32,000 nt of DNA from Bacteriovoracia bacterium (GCA_050251055.1 JBFWNL010000003.1:115105-147104), one strand, 5' to 3'; shown: positions 8,281-16,800, counted from the stretch's first letter. Notes: generated from the sequence alone by a model not told the origin. A program made the numbers and translations.

Positions 8281-9450
8281 CTATTCACCTCCTTCCTTGC
8301 TACTTTTATTGTAAACCGACATTCCATTTGGAAAACCTTTTTCTTCGCCCGCGCCTTGCTCATCCGCGGCAGCTTCTGCCGATTTTGCGGCGGCCTGCTG
8401 GGCTTGGTAACTCGCCAAGGCTTTCGCCGCGTCGGCCGGCAACTGCTTGGCCGAAACCGTCTCCGAACCCACGCCCGGTTCGAACTTGATGAAGTTGCCT
8501 CCGCCGGACTTCACGGGCGTGAACGGATTGGCCGGGGCCGCGGCCGTTCCTTCAGCCCCCTCGGCGGTCGCCGGAGTCGGCGCGGCGCCCATACCCATCT
8601 TCGCGGCGAGCCCCGGGGGCAACGCGACATCGCCCGCGTCTTCGATCTGGGTCACGTTCTCGAGCTTCACTTTCACGTTGGAATTCGCATCGCCGACGAT
8701 AAACACGGGATCCTCGCCCTGCAGGGCCACGCCAATGATTTTCGAACGGGAAAGGGCGTTGGTCGCGAGCGGCTTGTCGTCCTTGCCCACCGCTTCTACC
8801 CGGATAAGATAATCGCCGCTTTCGGCCTCGATCGTATTGGCTTTCTTCCCGTCCCAGACAAAGCTTTGCGCGCCCGCGGCTTTCGGTCCTAAACTTTTTT
8901 CCATGACGACTTCGCCCGCTTGGGAAACCAGCGCGAGTTTTACCTCTTTGGCGTCGGCCGGCAGGTTGAAGTTCACGGTTTGATTGTCGCCTTTGGTGTG
9001 CGGGAAGCGGTTTTGGTCGATCACGACCGTCTTTCCGATCAGGTTTGTCATGGTCAAGCGCTCGAGCGGCTTATGCTGGTTGCCGAGCTTCTTCAAGGCC
9101 TGACTGACATTGGACATCTGTTCGAGCTGGGCGATCTGCGCGATTTCTTGGCCCAGTTTTTCAGTGTCGAAAGGTTTGGTCGGATCCTGGTGCTTCATCT
9201 GCGAAATCATGATCCGCATGAAATCGTCTTTATCGAGGGATTTCTTGATTTGGCGTGGCTTTTCCGGCTTGGCGCCCATATCCGACTGGATGCGATTCCA
9301 AACGTCGGCAAAGCTCTGCTTACCGCCTTCGCCCGGCTTACCGGCGCCACCCGTTTTGGGCGTGGCCGCGGGCTTGCGCAGCTCCGGCTCGGCTCCCCCC
9401 ACGTTCACGGGCGGCGGGGCATTGAAGGTTTGTCCACGAATCGGGTCCAT
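8281..9450 (-). CDS. flgD: Hook assembly/capping protein FlgD (long form)
   Basis: DKDDFMRIMISQMKHQDPTKPFDTEKLGQEIAQIAQLEQ is the FlgD N-domain motif. It is followed by a beta-rich FlgD Ig-like region (VNFNLPADAKEVKLALVSQAGEVV...FVWDGK...GDYLIRVEA) and a ~110-aa Ala/Pro-rich C-terminal tail. Confidence 0.9.
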   Translation of the reverse strand: MDPIRGQTFNAPPPVNVGGAEPELRKPAATPKTGGAGKPGEGGKQSFADVWNRIQSDMGAKPEKPRQIKKSLDKDDFMRIMISQMKHQDPTKPFDTEKLGQEIAQIAQLEQMSNVSQALKKLGNQHKPLERLTMTNLIGKTVVIDQNRFPHTKGDNQTVNFNLPADAKEVKLALVSQAGEVVMEKSLGPKAAGAQSFVWDGKKANTIEAESGDYLIRVEAVGKDDKPLATNALSRSKIIGVALQGEDPVFIVGDANSNVKVKLENVTQIEDAGDVALPPGLAAKMGMGAAPTPATAEGAEGTAAAPANPFTPVKSGGGNFIKFEPGVGSETVSAKQLPADAAKALASYQAQQAAAKSAEAAADEQGAGEEKGFPNGMSVYNKSSKEGGE

Positions 9451-9484
9451 TTAACTCGCTTACTCCTGGTTCACTTCTTGGGGA

Positions 9485-9510
9485 GGGGGCGACCGGCCAT
9501 GCCGGCCCCC
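9485..9510 (-). other. GC-rich stem-loop in the fliK-flgD spacer
   Basis: GGGGG-cga-CCGGC-cat-GCCGG-CCCCC (two stacked 5-bp GC stems) lies 30 nt after the fliK stop. No T run follows on the minus strand. Confidence 0.3.
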
Positions 9511-9539
9511 CCTTCACCAAACTCACTGCTTTCCACTAG

Positions 9540-11159
9540 CTAAGCCATCACATCCAAGCGCCGGTCACTTTGACTGGTGCGGCTGTAAGGGCCGGCTCGC
9601 AGACCTTGGGCCCCATGGGCCGAAGATCCGCTCGCGTACGGAGACGCCTCTCGGTAATCTCTCACCGACGAGTCGTTGCCGCCGTAACCTTGGTCCTGAC
9701 GGTAACCGGAACTCCCACCGCCCATCGGGTCAAATGCGTTTTGTCCCGCGAACTGTGAAAAATCCGGTTGCCCCGACGTATTGCCGTTGGCCATCGCCAA
9801 GTTCGAACCGTGCAGGTTCGGACCCGAAGAATGGGCCGCAGCATGCGCCAGCGTCACCTCCACCTTAGCCAAGCTCAGATTCTGTTGCGCGAGGCTGTCG
9901 CGGAGATATTTCACGCTCTCCTCGATAACCTGCTTCGCCGACGGATCCGTGGCTTGGATGCGGAGGCCGACTCGATTATCGACCGTGGCAACGTGGACGC
10001 TCAGCTCGCCCAAGTTATCCGGTCGCAAGCGGATGCGGATTTCTCCGCCGCCGCGATTAGCTACCGAGCCGATCCCGTTGGATAGGCCGATCATCGATTC
10101 GGAAGACAGTCGGTCTTTGGCCCACGCTCCCTGCACCACGTGCCCCGTTACTTCCACGGGCGGGGGAGCGATGCTTCGCTCCACGCGCGCGCCGTTAAGC
10201 GCGGGATTCGCCATGTGCTGGGCGCCATCCGGGGAGAGGGGCAAGGTCGAAGGCCGCAGGCGCTTTTCACCGGTGAGCATCCGCTCGGACGTTAGCCCGT
10301 CGGCGAAGGCCGCCGACTCCGCTACCGTCATTCCCTCGCCGAGCGCGGGCTTACCGCCCGCGTTTAACGTCGAGGATCCGTTCGCGCCTCCCGCTTTCAT
10401 GCGGGCGGTCACGCGCGGATTGTCCCAAGCGCGATCCAGCTTGCCACCAAATTCGGTGGCGCCGGTCTCGGCGCCCGACTCGCGAGCCCCGTCCAAGGCG
10501 GCGAGATACTCGCCACCGGAGAGGCCAGCCCGGCTGACCGAAGCTTGGGGAGCCGATTCCGGATCCAACTCGCCCGGTAACGCGCCTTCCGCGGAGAGCG
10601 CACCCAACATCGAGTCCGCCGGATCCACGGCCTGCACCGAACCGTTGAGCTGGGCAATCCGGCTCTCTAAGCCAGAAGGCACGGACTTCGCCGTAGCCGC
10701 GTCTTGGCCCGTGAGGGCCGCGGCGCCGGCTTTGCCCGAAGGCTTGCCGATCTGGTTAGCGAGCGAATTCGTCGAGGCCATTTCCAAGCCGCTTCCCGAA
10801 GATCCGATTTTGGATAAATCGTTTCCTGCCTGACCGATCTGCTTGAGCTCGGCGGGCAAGGGTCCGGCTGACTTTGAAACTGCTTCCGCCCCCAGGGCCG
10901 ACTGGCCGTTTTGGGGAGCGTTAGCGGGTTTCTCGACTGCGTTCGTTTCCGCTTTCTGCACCGGGATCTGCGCGGCACCCGCCGTGCTCCACTGTACTAG
11001 GTCCGCCATATTCTCGGACTGTTTCAGCTGCTCGGCGAAGCCTCCGGACTTATCCGACTCCGCGGACTCCGCTCCGTTGGCCTTGGCGGACGTCTTCCTG
11101 ACTCCGCCCGTGCTTGCGTTTCCCGTGCTTACTACTGGGTTCATTGCTATTTCCATCAT
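9540..11159 (-). CDS. fliK: Hook-length control protein FliK
   Basis: 539 aa. The N-terminal two-thirds are Ala/Gly/Ser/Pro-rich and likely disordered. The C-terminal Flg_hook-type domain reads EIRIRLRPDNLGELSVHVATVDNRVGLRIQATDPSAKQVIEESVKYLRDSLAQQNLSLAKVEV. AAGGAGGTG Shine-Dalgarno. ATGA overlap with the upstream gene. Confidence 0.87.
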   Translation of the reverse strand: MMEIAMNPVVSTGNASTGGVRKTSAKANGAESAESDKSGGFAEQLKQSENMADLVQWSTAGAAQIPVQKAETNAVEKPANAPQNGQSALGAEAVSKSAGPLPAELKQIGQAGNDLSKIGSSGSGLEMASTNSLANQIGKPSGKAGAAALTGQDAATAKSVPSGLESRIAQLNGSVQAVDPADSMLGALSAEGALPGELDPESAPQASVSRAGLSGGEYLAALDGARESGAETGATEFGGKLDRAWDNPRVTARMKAGGANGSSTLNAGGKPALGEGMTVAESAAFADGLTSERMLTGEKRLRPSTLPLSPDGAQHMANPALNGARVERSIAPPPVEVTGHVVQGAWAKDRLSSESMIGLSNGIGSVANRGGGEIRIRLRPDNLGELSVHVATVDNRVGLRIQATDPSAKQVIEESVKYLRDSLAQQNLSLAKVEVTLAHAAAHSSGPNLHGSNLAMANGNTSGQPDFSQFAGQNAFDPMGGGSSGYRQDQGYGGNDSSVRDYREASPYASGSSAHGAQGLRAGPYSRTSQSDRRLDVMA

Positions 11160-11698
11160 GGTTTTTCACCTCCTTTCTGATTGGTTTCATTGTGACTTAC
11201 TTTCTTGACCTTCTTTTTCATGGCCAGCAGCTCGGTCAACTCCTTCGACCGGCTGATCTCCATGATATTGAGAATCTTGGCGAGCTTGGGCGTCGAGATG
11301 CGCTCCATGGCGGCGACCGCGAGCTCGTTCTGCAGCTTCGAAATCAGCTCGGCGGATTTTTTCGGGCTCATGGTTTCCAAGGTTTCCACGAGCTTGGCGA
11401 CCTTCTCCTCCTGCTTGCTATCCTGAACGAGCGATAACCCGGCGATCTCGGCCTTGAGAGCCTCAAGCCGCTTCATCTCGACTTCGAGCGCCTTTTTCAT
11501 GTCGGCGAGTTCCGCTTCTTTTTCTTTGAGCGCCTTCTCCTTGGCTTCCACCGCTTCTTTATTCCGCCGCAGATCCAGCAGCACGGCTTCGTCCGCCAGG
11601 CAGCCCTCCGAGTCGGGGGCGGCGAAGCTCATGGGCGCCCAAGCGGCGAAGGCTACGATCAGAAGGCCGGCGGCGATGAGGGCGATTCCGCGGATCAT
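11156..11698 (-). CDS. FlbB/YlxF-type flagellar protein (N-terminal TM, coiled coil, MgtE-N-like domain)
   Basis: 180 aa. N-terminal anchor IALIAAGLLIVAFAAWAP. Coiled coil KEKALKEKEAELADMKKALEVEMKRLEALKAE. Then KLVETLETMSPKKSAELISKLQNELAVAAMERISTPKLAKILNIM, an MgtE-N/FlbB-like helical repeat. It occupies the fliJ-X-fliK slot held by YlxF in Bacillus and FlbB in Borrelia. Confidence 0.65.
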   Translation of the reverse strand: MIRGIALIAAGLLIVAFAAWAPMSFAAPDSEGCLADEAVLLDLRRNKEAVEAKEKALKEKEAELADMKKALEVEMKRLEALKAEIAGLSLVQDSKQEEKVAKLVETLETMSPKKSAELISKLQNELAVAAMERISTPKLAKILNIMEISRSKELTELLAMKKKVKKVSHNETNQKGGEKP

Positions 11699-12147
11699 CC
11701 GACGTCCCCTCCCGCGCGCGCGCGCATGATGTAGAGGTCTCGCAGCTGACTCTCCGTCTGTTTGGCGATCTCCCGCTTGTATTTGTTGAAATCGCGCTCA
11801 CGCAGCTTCTCAATGACCATGCGCTGGCGACGCGCATAGAGGTAAATCCGCAGCATCTTTTCTACTTTTTTGCGTTCGCGGATCAAAGCGTGGTCGGACT
11901 GAATGATCCGCTGTTTGGTGCCGACGATAAAATCCTGTTCCGTACGATAGGCGATAATGCTCGTAGGAATCTGCGCCAGCTGTTCCCGACGGGCGAGGGA
12001 TTCATCCAAGTCGCGGATCAAGCCTTTTTTCCGCTCGACTTCGGCGGCGTAAGCGCGCTGGGCGTCGCTCAAAGCACGCATGGCGATCTTCTCTTGATCG
12101 ATCCGGACCTTCTCGACGGTTTCGAAGCGAAACTTGAAGCGTTTCAT
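11695..12147 (-). CDS. fliJ: Flagellar export chaperone/stalk protein FliJ
   Basis: 150 aa, all-helical. MKRFKFRFETVEKVRIDQEKIAMRALSDAQRAY... has the typical FliJ start and heptad character. ATGA-coupled to the downstream FlbB-like gene. Confidence 0.8.
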   Translation of the reverse strand: MKRFKFRFETVEKVRIDQEKIAMRALSDAQRAYAAEVERKKGLIRDLDESLARREQLAQIPTSIIAYRTEQDFIVGTKQRIIQSDHALIRERKKVEKMLRIYLYARRQRMVIEKLRERDFNKYKREIAKQTESQLRDLYIMRARAGGDVG

Positions 12148-12285
12148 TCCTATCTACGATTCTCCGGTAACCCGCGAAAGAAACTAGACTGAAAGTTTTT
12201 CCGTCGGCAAATCCGGCGGTGGGTATTTTCTGCCCCTCAAACTTGTCTCTTTCCCGATGACGGGTTTCGACTAGCATGGATCATC

Positions 12286-13134
12286 ATGCGGCTTATAAGG
12301 GTGCTCTTTGCTTGGCTTTGGATATTCGCCGCGCCCGGTGCCGCGGGCGCCATTACCCATTCCACGCTGGCGCCGGAAATCCAACGCATCCTTTCCCGGG
12401 GGCGCCTAATCGTGGCCCTAGAGCGCACTGACCGGGCGCCTTTTTTTTATCGCGACCCTCGATCGGGATCCCTGAAAGGAATCGATATCGAGCTCGCCCG
12501 GACGGTCGCCGAAAATTTGGCGGTCGAAGTTGAGTTTGACCGCAGCGCCGTCACGGCGGATGAGGCGGTACGCCGGGTGACCTCCGGCAAAGCCGATATC
12601 GCCATCTCCCGCCTGAGCGTTAACTTAAACTGGGCCATCAGCGCCCGATTTACCCGCCCTTATCTCGTACTGAACCAAGCTCAGCTCGTGAATCGCCTGC
12701 GCCGGGCCCGGACCCCTAATCGCTCCCCTTTCGGGAGCCTCGGCGAGTCCCGCGCGCGCCGGGCCGTCGGCTATCTCAAGGGGAGTGCCTACGAATTCTT
12801 TGCCCAACGGTATTACCCCGATGCCTATCCTATCCCCTATAACTCCCTGGAGGGAATGTTCGAAGACGTGTTGCGCGGCGAGATCGACTCCGCCATCAGC
12901 GATTCACGCTCGATCCGCGGCTGGTTGCGAGCCGCTCCTCAAAACGGGATCCAGACCGAAGCGTTGACCTTTCCGGATCGCCAGGATCAGCTGGCCATGG
13001 CGGTGGCCTGGCACTCACCACAGCTGCACGCCTGGATAAATCTATTTCTAGAGCAAGCCGAGAAGACGGGTCTCCTTGAACGCATCGTGGCCGCGCACGA
13101 GGCGGGTGAACCTTCGGGAGGAAAATCCCATTGA
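12286..13134 (+). CDS. Periplasmic solute-binding protein, family 3 (amino-acid-type SBP)
   Basis: Signal peptide MRLIRVLFAWLWIFAAPGAAGA. The motifs LIVALERTDRAPFFYRDP..GSLKGIDIELARTVAENL, GKADIAISRLSV and RFTRPY are typical of SBP_bac_3. Confidence 0.8.
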   Translation: MRLIRVLFAWLWIFAAPGAAGAITHSTLAPEIQRILSRGRLIVALERTDRAPFFYRDPRSGSLKGIDIELARTVAENLAVEVEFDRSAVTADEAVRRVTSGKADIAISRLSVNLNWAISARFTRPYLVLNQAQLVNRLRRARTPNRSPFGSLGESRARRAVGYLKGSAYEFFAQRYYPDAYPIPYNSLEGMFEDVLRGEIDSAISDSRSIRGWLRAAPQNGIQTEALTFPDRQDQLAMAVAWHSPQLHAWINLFLEQAEKTGLLERIVAAHEAGEPSGGKSH

Positions 13135-14378
13135 TTTATCGGGTCCTACTTAACCCGTGGTTTCTGCTCGGTACGCTCGCTTTGAGCGCGCTGACCGGAA
13201 CGTTCGCGCGTGACTTCGCTCTGGGTATCGGAAAGTATGGGCACCTCTATATCAACCTTCTGCAGATGACGGTGATTCCAGTCCTTATCACAGCCGTGGT
13301 TTCCAGCATGGGACGACTCATCGAAGTGCACGGCTTCACGCGGTGGCTGATGAAACTGACCCTGGTTTCCCTGCTTTTTCTCGCCCTAGCGAGCCTAATC
13401 GGAATTTTGGGCGGCATGATCACCCGCCCGGGCGCGGGTCTTACGGAAGAAGCGCGGGCCATGATCGGCAAGGTACTCAGTGAGGCCGAAACGCGCGGCG
13501 ACGCCTCCGTCGCTCGCTCCGTGTCCTTCTTCGAGATGATACGGGACATGATCCCCATCAATCCCGTAGCCGCCATCAGCCAAGGCAAGCACTTGGCCAT
13601 ACTCTTCTTCTCCCTGGTCCTAGGCATCGCATTGGGATTTGGAGAACCGGCGGCCCGTGACGTCACCCTACGGGTAGCGGAGGCGCTCTACGCCGCCCAG
13701 TTAAAAATCATTCATTGGACGCTTTGCGCCCTACCATTCGGCATCTTTTGCATTTTTTCCGAACAAATCGCCAATATGGGCCTCGGCATTTTCCGCGCCA
13801 TGGGGGGGTTTGTGCTCTTCAGCATTGCCTTGGCGTTTGTCACCAGCCTGCTCTACGTCGGCGTCATCGCCCGCGTCTCGCGCCTGCCGTTCTTGCAAGC
13901 CTTAGCGGCCCTCAAACGGGTCATTTCGGTCTCGTTCGTAACCGCCAGTAGCTTCGCTTCCATTCCCGTAATGATCGAAGCGCTCGTCAAAGGATTCCGA
14001 CGTGACGTCCGCGACGTCAACCTCATCGTGCCGTTAGCCGTGAACCTCAATCGTCAGGGATCGTCGATTTACATGGCTTTCGCTTTCATGTTCGTCGCGC
14101 AGTTATACTCGCTGCCAATCCCGATCGATTCCCTACTGCTCGTCTGGGGTTTATGCGCCCTCTCCGGCATGATTCCCGCGGGTATCGTCGGTCTTATTCC
14201 GATCGTGTTCACGCCCGTCGGCCTCCCCATCGAAGTCGGCATTACGCTCTTGCTCGCCGTCGAAGTACTGCTCGATCCCGTCTTCACGGTAGTGAACGCG
14301 CTGGGTTTCTGCTCGACGTCCCTGCTCTTTTCCCGATCAAGCCCGAAATCTCTCGGTGCGGAGGAGGCCTCTCCTTGA
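13131..14378 (+). CDS. Dicarboxylate/amino acid:cation symporter (DAACS/SDF) family protein, divergent
   Basis: 415 aa, polytopic. LLQMTVIPVLITAVVSS is TM3-like, TASSFASIP is the HP1 SSSxxxP motif, and SGMIPAG is HP2-like. TTG 13131 overlaps the upstream TGA and has GGGAGGA upstream. Key motifs are altered (see findings). Confidence 0.85.
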   Translation: MIYRVLLNPWFLLGTLALSALTGTFARDFALGIGKYGHLYINLLQMTVIPVLITAVVSSMGRLIEVHGFTRWLMKLTLVSLLFLALASLIGILGGMITRPGAGLTEEARAMIGKVLSEAETRGDASVARSVSFFEMIRDMIPINPVAAISQGKHLAILFFSLVLGIALGFGEPAARDVTLRVAEALYAAQLKIIHWTLCALPFGIFCIFSEQIANMGLGIFRAMGGFVLFSIALAFVTSLLYVGVIARVSRLPFLQALAALKRVISVSFVTASSFASIPVMIEALVKGFRRDVRDVNLIVPLAVNLNRQGSSIYMAFAFMFVAQLYSLPIPIDSLLLVWGLCALSGMIPAGIVGLIPIVFTPVGLPIEVGITLLLAVEVLLDPVFTVVNALGFCSTSLLFSRSSPKSLGAEEASP

Positions 14379-15412
14379 AGCAAGCACGCAACTTCGTCGT
14401 CGTCGCCTTGGTCTCCGCTCTTTACGCTTGCAGCGGGACCCCGCCGCCCAATCCCCTCATCATCGCCACCTGGCCGGGGTACCAAGTCCTGGAGTTGAAC
14501 GAATCGTTTACTCGGCAAACCGGAATTCCAGTCTCCGTGCGCATCTACGAATCCAACGAAGAGCTCATCGCCAAGCTCAAAGCTGGCATCGGAAACTACG
14601 ACGTGATCGTGCCTTCTGATTACGCGGTATCCACCCTGATTCGGGAAGGGTTGATCTTGCCCCTACGCCGGGAAAGCCTGCCTTTTTTGGGAATCGACCC
14701 GCGATTCCTGGACCGTACCTTCGATCCAGGCAACCAGTACTCGATTCCTTTTGCATGGGGCGTGACCGGAATCGCCTACCGGCACGACCTGTGGCCCGCC
14801 GGCGTCGCCAGCTGGAGCGATCTCTTCGGAAATCCTCGCCTGCACGATCGGTTCACCATCTTAAACGACAGCCGCGAAGCGTTGGGAGCCGCGCTTAAAG
14901 CGCAGGGAAACAGCCTTAACGCGACTAAGCGCGAAGCCCTCGAACGGGCAACCGAACGCTTGATCGCCTCCCGCCGAGCGGCCAAGGGTTTGATCATGGA
15001 CGCTACGGATCTCTTAGCGAGTGGCGAAATTGTCGCGGCCCACGCCTACTCCAATGACGCCACCCGGGCGGCGCGCGTAAGCGGGAAGCCCATTCGCTTT
15101 TCCGTGCCACGCGAGGGCGCCACGCGCTGGACCGACAGCTTGGCGATTCCCATGGGCTCCCGGCAAGTGGAAGCGGCCTATCGGTGGATACGGTTCATGT
15201 ACGAGCCCCGCCATAACCTTACCTTCGTGGACGCCACGTCCGTGGGCGCCGTACTGCTGGATACGCAGAAGAACCTTTCTCCGGAGAACCGAAGAAATCC
15301 GACGATTGTGCCCGCGCGTGATTTTGGGAAAGACTTAGAGGAAATCAAGGATCTGGGTGAGAGCCAAACCACTTGGGACCGTGCCTGGAAACGCGTACAG
15401 ATCGGCTACTAG
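14375..15412 (+). CDS. PotD/PotF-like (polyamine-type) periplasmic solute-binding lipoprotein
   Basis: I place the start at TTG 14375, with GGAGGAGG 9 nt upstream and overlap of the symporter TGA. The ORF-track start at 14153 would lie inside the symporter gene. Lipobox VSALYAC. NYDVIVPSDYAVSTLIREGLILPL and YSIPFAWGVTGIAY are typical PotD-family motifs. Confidence 0.8.
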   Translation: MKQARNFVVVALVSALYACSGTPPPNPLIIATWPGYQVLELNESFTRQTGIPVSVRIYESNEELIAKLKAGIGNYDVIVPSDYAVSTLIREGLILPLRRESLPFLGIDPRFLDRTFDPGNQYSIPFAWGVTGIAYRHDLWPAGVASWSDLFGNPRLHDRFTILNDSREALGAALKAQGNSLNATKREALERATERLIASRRAAKGLIMDATDLLASGEIVAAHAYSNDATRAARVSGKPIRFSVPREGATRWTDSLAIPMGSRQVEAAYRWIRFMYEPRHNLTFVDATSVGAVLLDTQKNLSPENRRNPTIVPARDFGKDLEEIKDLGESQTTWDRAWKRVQIGY

Positions 15413-15427
15413 CCCCAAGCTCGGAGA

Positions 15428-16789
15428 CTAACTTCGATACGCATCGCCGGCCCGGCTGATCGCCAACATCATGGCTTGCGCCTCCGGCAACCGCACCACG
15501 TCTTCCACGCCTTGGCGCAGGAACTGCGTGATCCGATCGTTAAGCTGCACCGCCTGGTCGATCTTGGGGTTGCTCCCTTTCACGTAGGCGCCGATGTTAA
15601 TCAAGTCCTCGGACTGATTGTACACCGCCATCCACTCCCGGATCTGGGAAGCGTGCCGTCGTTGATCGGGCGTGGCCACGGTGGACATCAGGCGGCTGAC
15701 GCTCTGGAGAACATCGATGGCAGGATAATGATTCCGCTCGGCGAGGCGGCGGGTAAGCACGATGTGGCCGTCGAGGATCGAGCGGGCGGCATCGGCGATG
15801 GGATCGTCCATGTCGTCGCCCTCTACCAGCACGGTATACAGGCCGGTGATGCTGCCCCGGTCCTTGGCCGTCCCCGCGCGCTCCAGGAGCTTGGGGAGCG
15901 TCGAAAAAACGCTGGGCGTGTAGCCCTTGGAAGCGGGAGGCTCTCCCAGGGAAAGGCCGATCTCCCGCTGAGCCATGCAAAAACGAGTGACCGAATCCAT
16001 AAGCAAAAGCACGTCTTGGCCCTGGTCTCGAAAATACTCGGCGATCGTCGTGGCGAGAAACGCCCCGCGCATGCGAATCAGCGGTGCGGTGTCGGAAGTG
16101 GCTACCACGACCACCGATCGGCGTAGGCCTTCTTCGCCCAAATCGCGCTCGATGAACTCCCGAACCTCGCGCCCGCGCTCACCGATGAGGGCGATCACGT
16201 TCACGTCCGCGGCGGTGTTTTTGGCCATCATGCCCAGTAAAACCGACTTGCCTACGCCGGAGCCGGCGAAAACGCCTACCCGCTGACCCTTACCGCAGGT
16301 GAGGAGTCCGTCGATCGCCTTCACGCCCAAGCTCAAAGGATCCTTGATCCGCTCTCGACTCAAAGGATCCGACGGCCGTTGGTAAAGACCACGTTCTTCG
16401 TGCGGCACTCCGTCCAGGATCAGAGGGCCCTTGCCGTCGATCGGAAATCCGCGGGCGTCGATCACGCGTCCCAAGAGGCTTTGGCTGACGGACATCGTGG
16501 AGACGCGCTTCTTCAGCACGACCAGGCTATCGTTATTCACGCCGCGCACATCCTCGAACGGCATGAGCATCACGCGCTTGTCGCGAAAGCCAATGACTTC
16601 AGCGTCGATACCCTGGTCTTCGGCACGCTCATGCGAAGTGTGGATGCGGCAGAGACTCCCAATGGCCGCGCCGGGCAGGGTCGCTTCGTAGACCAGGCCT
16701 AATGATTTCGTGAGCTTGCCCGCCTCGTGATAGATCAAAGCGGATCCGAGCCGATCTTGGTACTTGCGGGCGGGAATGGACCAACTCAC
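15428..16789 (-). CDS. fliI: Flagellum-specific ATPase FliI
   Basis: Walker A is GVFAGSGVGKSVLLGMM and Walker B is VLLLMDSVTRF. The protein shows F1-beta-like architecture. The likely start is GTG 16789, preceded by AGGAG 8 nt upstream right after the fliH stop. The ORF is open up to 16879, which would overlap fliH by 79 nt. Confidence 0.95.
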   Translation of the reverse strand: MSWSIPARKYQDRLGSALIYHEAGKLTKSLGLVYEATLPGAAIGSLCRIHTSHERAEDQGIDAEVIGFRDKRVMLMPFEDVRGVNNDSLVVLKKRVSTMSVSQSLLGRVIDARGFPIDGKGPLILDGVPHEERGLYQRPSDPLSRERIKDPLSLGVKAIDGLLTCGKGQRVGVFAGSGVGKSVLLGMMAKNTAADVNVIALIGERGREVREFIERDLGEEGLRRSVVVVATSDTAPLIRMRGAFLATTIAEYFRDQGQDVLLLMDSVTRFCMAQREIGLSLGEPPASKGYTPSVFSTLPKLLERAGTAKDRGSITGLYTVLVEGDDMDDPIADAARSILDGHIVLTRRLAERNHYPAIDVLQSVSRLMSTVATPDQRRHASQIREWMAVYNQSEDLINIGAYVKGSNPKIDQAVQLNDRITQFLRQGVEDVVRLPEAQAMMLAISRAGDAYRS

Positions 16790-16800
16790 CGAATTTTCTC

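Noticed and set aside
12190-12230. GCCGACGG preceded by an AAAATA-rich segment upstream of fliJ, considered as a sigma-28 promoter.
   Set aside because: Only the GCCGA core matches and the -35 is not TAAA. fliJ and fliK are not typical sigma-28 targets. I left it unannotated as a feature and mention it only under the fliI/fliJ split finding.
14153-14374. Upstream extensions of track ORFs. These are 14153 for the PotD-like gene, 27256 for mlaF, 31357 for the small secreted protein, 16879 for fliI and 22840 for the first activator.
   Set aside because: The extensions lie inside the preceding gene or are Arg/His-rich. Downstream starts have Shine-Dalgarno sites or stop/start overlaps and give proper signal peptides or N-termini.
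12148-15427. The transport module interpreted as a mobile or horizontally acquired island.
   Set aside because: I could see no integrase or transposase, no tRNA, no inverted or direct terminal repeats, and no obvious compositional break by eye. I keep only the positional observation (see findings).
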